NCBI GenBank assembly: GCA_963664435.2
Contig: CAXXKM010000003.1
Coordinates: 800,001 to 864,000 of the forward strand
Length of the DNA stretch: 64,000 bases
Source of the DNA: Longimicrobiales bacterium
Lineage (GTDB): Bacteria; Gemmatimonadota; Gemmatimonadetes; Longimicrobiales; Gaopeijiaceae
Direction of reading: 5' to 3'
Position 1 is the stretch's first letter. Each line of letters starts with the position of its first letter. Position numbers and translations under genes: made by a program. The notes below the pieces were generated by a model. The model saw only the letters and a program-made list of their open reading frames with translations. It ran no database searches and was not told the DNA's origin. Shown here piece after piece: positions 8,292 to 16,769 of this stretch.

Positions 8292-9470
8292 TCAGCCGGA
8301 GGTCGTCGTGGTGGCGGTCCTGGGTGGCATGATCTCCTTCCACGCCGTCATGAAGCGCGCCATCTCCTCCTCGGTGCCGATCGACACCCGCAGGTAGTCG
8401 AGCATGGGCGGGAAGTCGCGGCCCACGAGCACGCCCCTCTCCCGGAACGCGGACCGGACCTCCGCGGCGGGACGTCCGGTGTGGACCATGATGAAGTTGG
8501 TCTCCGAGGGGATGACCTCGTAGCCCATGGCCTGGAGCTCTTCAGCGGTCTGCTTGCGCAGCCGCAGCGTGGTGTCGCGCACCCACTGCTCATACTCCAC
8601 GTCCTCGAGCGCCGCGACGCCGCCCCACTTCACCAGCGCGTTGACGCTGCCGGTACCTTGGACGCGCATCTCGCTGATCATGTCGGCGGGCGCAATGCCG
8701 TAGCCGAGGCGCAGGCCGGCCATGCCGTAGATCTTCGAGAAGGTGCGCGCGACGATGACCTTGCGGCCCTCGTTGACGTAGGGCACCGCCGTCTCGTAGG
8801 CCGGATCCTCGACGAAGTGGTGGTAGGCCTCGTCGATGAGGACCGGGATGTCCTCGGGGATCGCGTCCAGCACCTGCCGGATGTCGTCCGCCGACACCAC
8901 CATGCCCGTCGGGTTGTTGGGGTTGCAGAGGTAGAAGAGCCCCACATCCCGGTAGTTCTTGATGGTGGCGTCGATCATCGCCGGGATGTCCTGCGAGTGA
9001 TCTTCGAGCAGCGGCAGCATGATGGCGTCCGCGTCGATCCCGGAAGCCACGCTGAAAACACTCAGGTAGGTCGGCCGGACGCCGATGACCTTCTTGTTGT
9101 GCCCGAGGTAGGTGTGGCCCACCACCCGGAGCGTCTCCCCGGAACCCGCGCCGAGCAGGATGTTCTCCGGCTGCACGCCGTGGTGCTCGGCGATCTTCTC
9201 CTGGATGTCGCCGTCCGGATAGCCGTACCGGTTGGAGTACTTCCAGGCGCCGTTCATCGCCTCCATCATGGCCTCGGAGGGCCCGTAGGGGTTCTCGTTG
9301 GAGGAGAGCTTGGCGAACGAATCGTAGTCGTACTCCTGAGGCGCCAGCCGGAGCGAGCGCGGCGGCGCATCCCAGCCCAGCAGTCCGGCGGGCCTGAGCC
9401 CGGCGTACCCCAGCGCCGCGGCCGCGCCTCCCATGAAGCGGCGGCGAGTAACGGAATTCCTCGATGGCAT
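8292..9470 (-). CDS. PLP-dependent aminotransferase class I/II (HisC-like) with twin-arginine signal
   Basis: TRRRFMGG Tat motif; KLSSNENPYGPS, CNPNNPTG, DEAY, RTFSKIYGMAGLRLGY; RBS GAGGAGGT before ATG 9470. Confidence 0.9.
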   Translation of the reverse strand: MPSRNSVTRRRFMGGAAAALGYAGLRPAGLLGWDAPPRSLRLAPQEYDYDSFAKLSSNENPYGPSEAMMEAMNGAWKYSNRYGYPDGDIQEKIAEHHGVQPENILLGAGSGETLRVVGHTYLGHNKKVIGVRPTYLSVFSVASGIDADAIMLPLLEDHSQDIPAMIDATIKNYRDVGLFYLCNPNNPTGMVVSADDIRQVLDAIPEDIPVLIDEAYHHFVEDPAYETAVPYVNEGRKVIVARTFSKIYGMAGLRLGYGIAPADMISEMRVQGTGSVNALVKWGGVAALEDVEYEQWVRDTTLRLRKQTAEELQAMGYEVIPSETNFIMVHTGRPAAEVRSAFRERGVLVGRDFPPMLDYLRVSIGTEEEMARFMTAWKEIMPPRTATTTTSG

Positions 9471-9611
9471 GGCTACCTCCTCAGGCATGTGAGCGCGATG
9501 AACGCGAGTGGTTCGACATCCGGCCTATAGATTGGCCGCACGGGGGTGCGAAAGCAAACCCCCGCGGGGCGATTGCGGGGGCGCGGACCGAGCCGCGCGG
9601 ACGACGGATCA

Positions 9612-12600
9612 TCAGGTGTGGGCGCGTCGCGACGAGTAGTGCCGGCGGAAGAAGCGGCCGACATCGTCGACCACCTGGTACATCACCGGCACCACGATAA
9701 GGGTGAGGAAGGTCGCGAAGATGATCCCCGCGATCACCGCGATCGCCATCGGCCCCCACCACGCGGCCTGGTCCCCTCCCCAGTACAGGTCGGGCGCGAG
9801 GCTTCCGTACAGGCCGAAGAAGTCGAAGTTGAGCCCGATCGCGAGCGGCACCAGCCCGAGCGCCGTGGTCACCGCGGTCAGCACCACGGGCCGGAAGCGG
9901 GTCATGCCGCCCAGCACGAGCGCGTCCCGGCGGTTCACCCCGTCGCGGCCGCGCAGAATGTCGATGTAGTCGATGAGCACGATGGCGTTGTTCACCACGA
10001 TTCCGGCAAGCGAGATGATGCCCACCCCCGTCATGATGATGCCGAAAGGCATGCGGAACACCATCAGGCCCAGCAGCACGCCGACCGTGGACATGAGCAC
10101 CGAAGTCAGGATGATGAAGGGTTTCACCAGCGAATTGAACTGCGAGATGAGGATGAAGCCGATGAGGAAGAGCGCCATCAGGAACGCGGTGGTGAGGAAG
10201 GCCTGCGCCTCCGCCTGCTCCTCGTTCTCGCCCGTGTAGCGGATCTGGTATCCCGGCGGAAGCGACTCGGCCAACCCCGCGAGCGCCAGCTGCACTTCGC
10301 CCAGCACGGCGTTGGAGTTGTAGCCGGCGCGCACTTCCGACGACACCGTCACCGAGCGGTCCATGTCCAGGCGCTGGATGGAGCCGGCGCCCTCTCCCAC
10401 CTCCCAGGACGCGACCGAGAGCAGGGGGATGGGGTCGCCCTCCGACAGCACCGTGAGTTCCGACAGGGTGCTGAGCTCGTCCCGGTCCTCCTCCGCCAGG
10501 CGCACGATGATGTCGTATTCGTCGTTGCCGGTGCGGTACTTCGCGGCCTCGATGCCCTGGATGGCGCCACGGATGGCCTGACCCACCCGGCGGGTCGACA
10601 GCCCGTACAGCGCCGCCTTTTCGCGGTCGACGCGCACGCCCAGTTCGGGGCGGGCGTCGTCGAGGTTGCTGTTGAGGCGCACCAGTTTGGCGTAGACGGG
10701 ATCCGCCTGCAGCGTGGCGATCATCTCGTCGGCGAAATCGCTCAGCAGGTCCGGGTCGGAGCCGATCAGTTCCACGTTCACGGGCGGGCCGGTGGCGGGT
10801 CCCTCTTCAGCCTTGTCGACGGAGATGTCGGCTCCTGCGAGGTCGCTGCCGATGGTCTCCTGCAGCGCCGCCAGGGTCTGGAAGGCGTCGGTCCGCTGGT
10901 CCTGGAACTCCACCATGGAGATGGTCACGAGTCCGGCTTCCGGGCCGCCCGGGCCGCCGCCCATCGGACCGCCCCCTCCACCTCCGCCGACGGTGGCCAC
11001 GACCGACTCCCCATCGAGCGCGACCCCCTCGTAGACGGGCAGCTTGTCCTCGATGCGCCGCACCAGGCGGTCGGTGAAGTCGGCGCGGGTGCCCGTCGGG
11101 GCCTCCACGTCGATCATGATCTGTCTGGGCGGAATGTCCTCGGGGAAGTACTCCACCCCCGCGTTGAACCGCCCGAACAGGACCACGGTCACCACGAGCA
11201 TCGCCGCGCAACCGGCGAGCACGAGGACGGGGTGGTTGAGCGCGCGTGTCAGCTGGGTTTCGTAGAAGACGATCGCCCGCTCGAGCCACCAGTGCTGGAA
11301 GGCCGTGGCCGCGCGCTTGATCGCGAAGTGGTAGAGGGCCCACAGCAGGCCGGCGGTGACGAGGAGCAGCGCAGCCGTGAGCGGATTGGCGAGCGCGAAG
11401 CCGAGCGTCACCCCCGCGCTGACGCCGATGAGGGTGAGACGCGCGGCCCGCGTGAGCGGCGGCGGCTCCTCCCCCTCCCCGAGGATGAACATCGAGCAAA
11501 GCGTCGGAACGATTACCAGCGCCACGAACAGCGAACTGGAGAGCGTCACGATGAGGGTCGTGGGGAGGTAGCCCATGAACTCGCCCGAGATGCCCGGCCA
11601 GAACAGGAGCGGCGCGAACGCCGCCAGGGTCGTGAGCGTCGCCGCGATCACCGGACCGGCCACTTCGCCGGTCGCCTTCTTGGCGGCCAGCCTCCGGTCC
11701 CACCCGCGCTCCACGTAGCGGTAGATGTTCTCGACCACCACGATCGCGTTATCGACCAGCATCCCCAGCGCCAGGATGAGCGAGAAGAGCACGACCATGT
11801 TCATGGACACGCCCAGCAGCCTGAGCACCCCGAAGGACAGGAACATCGACGAGGGGATCGAGATGGCGACGAAGAGCGACGTGCGCAGCCCCAGGAAGAA
11901 GAGCAGCACGCTCACGATCAGGATGAGCCCGGAGATGATGTTGTTCTCGAGCGAGCTCACCATGGAGAAGATGTCCCGGGACATGTCCCCGGTGATCTTC
12001 ACCGTCATGGTTGCCGGGAAGAGCGGCCTCATCTCGTCGATGACCGCCCTCACCTGGTCGGCGGTCTCGATGATGTTCTCTCCCGACCGCTTGACGATGT
12101 CCAGCGTCACCACCGGCGACCCGTCCAGGCGGGCGTAGCTCTCGCGCTCGGCAAAGCCGAACTCCACGTCCGCCAGGTCGCGCACATAGATGGGGCCCGC
12201 ATCGTCGGCGGTGATGACGAGATCCTGGATCAACTCGGGATCGTCGAACTCCCCGTCCACCCGGACGAGGAACCTCTGGTTGCCCACGTCGATGGAGCCG
12301 CCCGGGATATTGACGTTCTCGGCCGCGATCGCGTCGATGACGTCCTGAAGCGCCAGGTTGTAGAACTGGAGTCTCGACAGGTGGACGTCCACCTTCACCT
12401 CGCGCTCGAGCCCGCCCCGCACATCCACGCGCAGAATCTCGGGCACGCTCTCCAGTTCGTCCTGCAGATCCTCGGCGATCTCCTTCAGGTAGACCAGGTC
12501 GAAGTCGCCCGCGAGGTTCACCTGCATGATGGGGAGCTCGGAGAAGCTGATCTCCAGGATGCTCGGTTCCTCCGCGTCCGCGGGAAGCTCGGGCTTGGCC

Positions 12601-13052
12601 AGGTCGACCTTCTCGCGTATCTGCTGGAGCGCCTCCTCGAGGTTGACCGTGGTCTCGAACTCGGCGGTGACGCTGGAATACCCTTCGATGGAGACGGACG
12701 ACAGCTCCTGGATGTCGGAGATGGTGCTGAGTTCCTCCTCGATCGGCCGGGTGACGAGCGTTTCGATGTCCGCCGGCGAGACGCCCGGATAGATGGTGTT
12801 CACGACGATCAACGGGATCTCGATCTCCGGGAACGACTCCTTCGGGATTACCTGGTAGGAAGTCAGGCCGGTGATCGTGATGAGGATCAGCAGCACTACG
12901 GAACTGGTGCGGTGGTCGATGGCGAAGCTGGTCAGCACGAATTCCTTGAAGCGCGCCAGGTAGCTGGCGTCGCCGCGGGGCCGGCCCGCGCCCACATCCT
13001 CGGCCTTCGCGTTCGCCTCCCCGCCTGCCCGTTCGTCCCTGAGCTCTGGCAT
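9612..13052 (-). CDS. RND efflux permease (AcrB/AcrD/AcrF family)
   Basis: GMLVDNAIVVVENIYR, GIVVNNAIVLID, TRFRPVVLTAVTTALGLVPLA; two large periplasmic loops. Confidence 0.95.
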   Translation of the reverse strand: MPELRDERAGGEANAKAEDVGAGRPRGDASYLARFKEFVLTSFAIDHRTSSVVLLILITITGLTSYQVIPKESFPEIEIPLIVVNTIYPGVSPADIETLVTRPIEEELSTISDIQELSSVSIEGYSSVTAEFETTVNLEEALQQIREKVDLAKPELPADAEEPSILEISFSELPIMQVNLAGDFDLVYLKEIAEDLQDELESVPEILRVDVRGGLEREVKVDVHLSRLQFYNLALQDVIDAIAAENVNIPGGSIDVGNQRFLVRVDGEFDDPELIQDLVITADDAGPIYVRDLADVEFGFAERESYARLDGSPVVTLDIVKRSGENIIETADQVRAVIDEMRPLFPATMTVKITGDMSRDIFSMVSSLENNIISGLILIVSVLLFFLGLRTSLFVAISIPSSMFLSFGVLRLLGVSMNMVVLFSLILALGMLVDNAIVVVENIYRYVERGWDRRLAAKKATGEVAGPVIAATLTTLAAFAPLLFWPGISGEFMGYLPTTLIVTLSSSLFVALVIVPTLCSMFILGEGEEPPPLTRAARLTLIGVSAGVTLGFALANPLTAALLLVTAGLLWALYHFAIKRAATAFQHWWLERAIVFYETQLTRALNHPVLVLAGCAAMLVVTVVLFGRFNAGVEYFPEDIPPRQIMIDVEAPTGTRADFTDRLVRRIEDKLPVYEGVALDGESVVATVGGGGGGGPMGGGPGGPEAGLVTISMVEFQDQRTDAFQTLAALQETIGSDLAGADISVDKAEEGPATGPPVNVELIGSDPDLLSDFADEMIATLQADPVYAKLVRLNSNLDDARPELGVRVDREKAALYGLSTRRVGQAIRGAIQGIEAAKYRTGNDEYDIIVRLAEEDRDELSTLSELTVLSEGDPIPLLSVASWEVGEGAGSIQRLDMDRSVTVSSEVRAGYNSNAVLGEVQLALAGLAESLPPGYQIRYTGENEEQAEAQAFLTTAFLMALFLIGFILISQFNSLVKPFIILTSVLMSTVGVLLGLMVFRMPFGIIMTGVGIISLAGIVVNNAIVLIDYIDILRGRDGVNRRDALVLGGMTRFRPVVLTAVTTALGLVPLAIGLNFDFFGLYGSLAPDLYWGGDQAAWWGPMAIAVIAGIIFATFLTLIVVPVMYQVVDDVGRFFRRHYSSRRAHT

Positions 13053-13144
13053 ATCCGTCTCTCTGAGGTTCAATCAGTTGGGTTGTGCAGTCCCGGCTTC
13101 GGCGCGCACCCTTCTCGTGGCGCGCCGCGGCTCCACTGCGCTTC

Positions 13145-14221
13145 TCAGTTGACCACGCGCACCCGGTCGCCGTCGGCGATCAGCTGCTGGCCGATGACCA
13201 CAAGCCGTTCGCCGGCCCGAAGGCCCTCTTCGACGACCACGAGGTTGCGCTGGGCGGGACCGAGCCGCACCGAGCGCGAACGTGCCACCCCCTCGTCGCC
13301 GGAGCCTTCCACCACGTACGCGACGTATCCATCCTCGACCCTCAGCAGCACCTCACGCGGCACCACCACCACGTCCGAGCGGGTTTCGCGCACGATCTCG
13401 ATGTTGGCCACCATCTCCGGCTTGATCAGTCCGCCCGGGTTGCCGAGGGTCAGCTCGACCGGGAACGTGCGGTCCTCCGGATCCACCGCGGACCCCACGT
13501 AGGTGATCGCGCCCTCGAAGGCCTCGCCCTCGATCACCTGGAAGGTCACCGTGGCCTCGGAGCCCGGCCGTACGTCGAGCGCGTACCGCTCGGGCACGCC
13601 GCCGCGGATGCGCACCGGATCCAGGTCCACCACGCGCGCCACCGGGGTCCCGGGCATGATCATGCTGCCGAGCTCGATGTCCCGGGAGTCGAGCACGCCC
13701 TCGAACGGCGCCCGGATCGTGGTCGCGTCCAGCCGCGCGGTGAGCGCGGTCAGGCTGGCCGCGGACTGTTCGGCGGTGTAACGGGCCTCGAGGTACTGCA
13801 GTTCGGACCCGACCTGATCCTCCTCGAAGAGCCGCCTGTACCGCTCCCAGGTCTCCTGCGCCAGGTCCGCGCGGGCGCGCGCCTCGTCCACCTGCGCCCG
13901 CAACTGGGTATCGTCCAGGCGGGCCACCGCCTGCCCCGCCCTGACGGGATTGCCCTGGTCCACCAGGATCGCCGACACGAGCCCCGCTTCCGTGGCCGAG
14001 ACGACCACGTCGCGGTTCGCGCGCACGTTGCCCGTCAGCCGGATCAGCTCGGTGAAGCCGGTGGGCACGATCGGCTCGACCTCCACGTTGATCACGCGCG
14101 TGGCGCCCTCGATGACGGGCGGAACCGTGTCGCCCGCCTCCGCGCTGCTGCTGCAGGCGGCCACGACACCCGCAAGCCCCAGCGTCATTCCCCTTGTCAT
14201 CCGCCGTACTGCTCGATTCAT
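13145..14221 (-). CDS. RND periplasmic adaptor (membrane fusion protein), lipoprotein
   Basis: Lipobox VAAC; lipoyl/hairpin motifs (VDQGNPVRAGQ, IRAPFEG), GLRAGERLV. Confidence 0.93.
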   Translation of the reverse strand: MNRAVRRMTRGMTLGLAGVVAACSSSAEAGDTVPPVIEGATRVINVEVEPIVPTGFTELIRLTGNVRANRDVVVSATEAGLVSAILVDQGNPVRAGQAVARLDDTQLRAQVDEARARADLAQETWERYRRLFEEDQVGSELQYLEARYTAEQSAASLTALTARLDATTIRAPFEGVLDSRDIELGSMIMPGTPVARVVDLDPVRIRGGVPERYALDVRPGSEATVTFQVIEGEAFEGAITYVGSAVDPEDRTFPVELTLGNPGGLIKPEMVANIEIVRETRSDVVVVPREVLLRVEDGYVAYVVEGSGDEGVARSRSVRLGPAQRNLVVVEEGLRAGERLVVIGQQLIADGDRVRVVN

Positions 14222-14296
14222 CGTTGTTTCCTCGAAAACTGCGTTCTGTATTTTCCGATCGTTCGCGTCCCGCGTCATCCGCGCGTCCCGCCTTCC

Positions 14297-15841
14297 CTAT
14301 TGCCCGTCCGCCAGCGTGAACTCCGAATCCACCATCGGCACGGAGCCGGTCGCTTCGTCGAGCTGCGCCCAGGCCACGAGGTAGTCGTATACCGCCTGCG
14401 CGTAGTTGAACTCACTCTGCCTGAGCGCCACCTCGGCGTCCGTCAGTTCGAGCTGGCCGCTCAGTCCTTCCCGGTACTGCGCGGCGGCGATTTCGAAGCC
14501 GCGCTGCGCCTGCGCGACCGCCAGCTTCTGGCCCCGCGCCCGCGCCCGCGCCTCGTCGGCCAGTTCGACCAGCGACTTGACCTGGCTGGCCGCCTGGTCG
14601 CGCGCAAGCCGCGACTGGGTCTCGGCCTGCCGCCACGCCGCCCTGCGCTGGTCGACCCGGGCGTCCTTGCGGAAGCCCTCGAAGATCGGGACGCTCACGG
14701 TAATCCCGACCGCCTGCGCCGACGCCCGCGACATCGGGTCGCCGAAGAAGTCGGGAGCCCCGTTCTGCTGGGCCTGGATCACGTAGTTGCCGAAGAAGGA
14801 GATGGTGGGCATGTACTGCATCTGTTCCAGCCGCATCTCGGAGTGGCGCAGCCGCTCGGTCATTTCCAGCTGGCGCAGGTCGGACCTCCGCTCCCATGCC
14901 TCCGTCACCCGTTGCTCGGCGGCGCCCTCCAGCGGCCCGGAACCGGCGAACGCGAGGATCGCGCGGTTGCCGGGAGTGTTCAGCGCCGGATCTTCCAGGT
15001 CCATCGTCGCCAGAGAGCCGGCCACTTGCAGGCTCTCCTGATCATCAACCGCGAGCTCCACGGCGAGCACCCGGCGGAACTGCGTTGCGGCGTTCTCGGC
15101 GCGGCGCAGGTTCGGCTCCAGGTTGGCGAGCTCGACTTCGATGCGGAGCATGTCGTAGTCCGAGGCCAGCCCCGCCCGGTTCATCGCCCGCGTTTCCTTG
15201 AGGGACTGGCGCACGCGCGTGACCGAATTGAGGGTCAGGCGCTCCTGCTCCTGCGCCAGCAGCAGATCGTAGTAGGCCAGCCGCACGCGCGTGACAAGGC
15301 TCTGGCTGCGTCCGCGCACGAATTCCTCCTGGATCGATGCCAGGCGCTGAGCCGCCCCCAGTCCGACGAAAACCCGAGCGTCGAAGAGGGGCTGTTCCAC
15401 ACTGATGCTCGTGTTCCAGCTGTTGTCCGCTCCGAACTGTACCTGGAGGAGCTCGTCGGGACCCGCATCGGGATTGAAGATAAAGGCCGGCAGGAAAGAC
15501 ACGGCGGGAGAGACGTTGCGCGTGTAGTCCGCGTTCATGCTGATGGTCGGCAGGACGCCGCCCCATGCTTCAGACACCTGCTCCCGGGCCAGGTCCAGGG
15601 CAAAGCGCGCATCCCGCACGTCGCGGTTGCGGCGGAGCGCCATGGAGACCGCGTCCGGGAGCGTAAGCGCCTCGCTCGACGGTACGGCGGCCGCACCCGA
15701 AGCAGGCTGCTGGGCGCCCAGAAGGGTTGGCAAAGCGCTCGCGACCGCCACGATCATCAAGAGAACAGTGTTCACAACTGCCCCCGTCACCCGCGCGTCG
15801 CGGGTGTTCCCCGTCCCCTCTCGCCCTGCACGTTTCATCAT
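14297..15841 (-). CDS. TolC family outer-membrane efflux protein
   Basis: LTLPDAVSMALRRN, VRLAYYDLLLAQE, YREGLSGQLELTDAE; ATG overlaps the TetR stop (ATGA). Confidence 0.92.
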   Translation of the reverse strand: MMKRAGREGTGNTRDARVTGAVVNTVLLMIVAVASALPTLLGAQQPASGAAAVPSSEALTLPDAVSMALRRNRDVRDARFALDLAREQVSEAWGGVLPTISMNADYTRNVSPAVSFLPAFIFNPDAGPDELLQVQFGADNSWNTSISVEQPLFDARVFVGLGAAQRLASIQEEFVRGRSQSLVTRVRLAYYDLLLAQEQERLTLNSVTRVRQSLKETRAMNRAGLASDYDMLRIEVELANLEPNLRRAENAATQFRRVLAVELAVDDQESLQVAGSLATMDLEDPALNTPGNRAILAFAGSGPLEGAAEQRVTEAWERRSDLRQLEMTERLRHSEMRLEQMQYMPTISFFGNYVIQAQQNGAPDFFGDPMSRASAQAVGITVSVPIFEGFRKDARVDQRRAAWRQAETQSRLARDQAASQVKSLVELADEARARARGQKLAVAQAQRGFEIAAAQYREGLSGQLELTDAEVALRQSEFNYAQAVYDYLVAWAQLDEATGSVPMVDSEFTLADGQ

Positions 15842-16521
15842 CCGTATACCTCGGTGTACTCGGTGGTCTGTGATTCGTCCGTCTCGGCGCCTCGGCCTTG
15901 CAGGGCGCCCTCGCTCTCCCGCGTCTCGCTCAGCAGCTTGCGGGTCCCGAGACCCAGCAGCATCCGTCTGGCCGAAGCCCGGTAGACTTCCCGGAACTCG
16001 GCCTCGCCGAGCTCCAGGAGCCCTCGCATGTAGATCGTGATCAGGCCATGGGAATGGGCCCACATGGTCATCCCCACGTCGCGGATGTCGGCTTCGGCCC
16101 GCAGGTACCCGGCATCGACGCACTCGCGAACCCGATCCATCCAGAACTGATGCGTAGCGTGCGCGTGGGCAGCCACTTCGGGCGGGTAGTCGGACCAGCC
16201 GAAGCGTTCCGGCGAGAGGTACATCATCTCGTACCAGCGCGGATGCGTCAGGGCGAAATCAAGGTTCTCCTCCCCGGCCCGCCGGAACCGCTCCAGGGGT
16301 GTGGCGGCCGAGAGCGCCCGGTAGATGTAGGTGGCCGACTGCCGGTAGGCTTCGCGCACGATATCACGCAGCACCTCTTCCTTGCTCGCGTAGTAGCGGT
16401 AGATCGCGGGCGCGGTCACGCCCAGCCTGCCGGCCAGCTTGCGCATGGACAGCGCCGGGAGTCCCCCGCAAAGGTAGAGTTCGGTCGCGTGGTTCCGGAT
16501 GTCGTCTCGCTGAATTGCCAT
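15838..16521 (-). CDS. TetR/AcrR family transcriptional regulator
   Basis: HTH LSMRKLAGRLGVTAPAIYRYYASKEEV; C-terminal WAHSHG motif. Confidence 0.93.
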   Translation of the reverse strand: MAIQRDDIRNHATELYLCGGLPALSMRKLAGRLGVTAPAIYRYYASKEEVLRDIVREAYRQSATYIYRALSAATPLERFRRAGEENLDFALTHPRWYEMMYLSPERFGWSDYPPEVAAHAHATHQFWMDRVRECVDAGYLRAEADIRDVGMTMWAHSHGLITIYMRGLLELGEAEFREVYRASARRMLLGLGTRKLLSETRESEGALQGRGAETDESQTTEYTEVYG

Positions 16522-16537
16522 GTGAACAGTGTAAACA
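16521..16537. promoter_or_regulatory. Probable TetR operator
   Basis: Imperfect palindrome TGTGAACAGTGTAAACA abutting the tetR start codon. Confidence 0.6.
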
Positions 16538-16769
16538 AATCGCCCGGAGGGTTCAACGGCTTTCCCCTCGTCCGGCGTTCCGCCCGCTTCGGCACATCCT
16601 CCCGCGAGCGTCCGCTGCCGCCCCTCGACGCCGGTAACCCGGGTCGCTCCGCGACGTGGCATGCGTCCCCGCGGTTTTCTACCTTTCGAGGTTGGCTGGT
16701 AGTCTCGGAAAAGGCTCCCGCCACGTTGGAAGACCCCCGTCACTCCGAAATTGCTGCCGGAGATGTCCC

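Noticed and set aside
9546..13502. Very long antisense ORFs (e.g. 9546-13502 +, 43869-46943 +, 46940-49990 +, 51465-54824 +, 16740-19148 -)
   Set aside because: Shadow frames of real genes caused by high-GC codon bias; no recognisable motifs.
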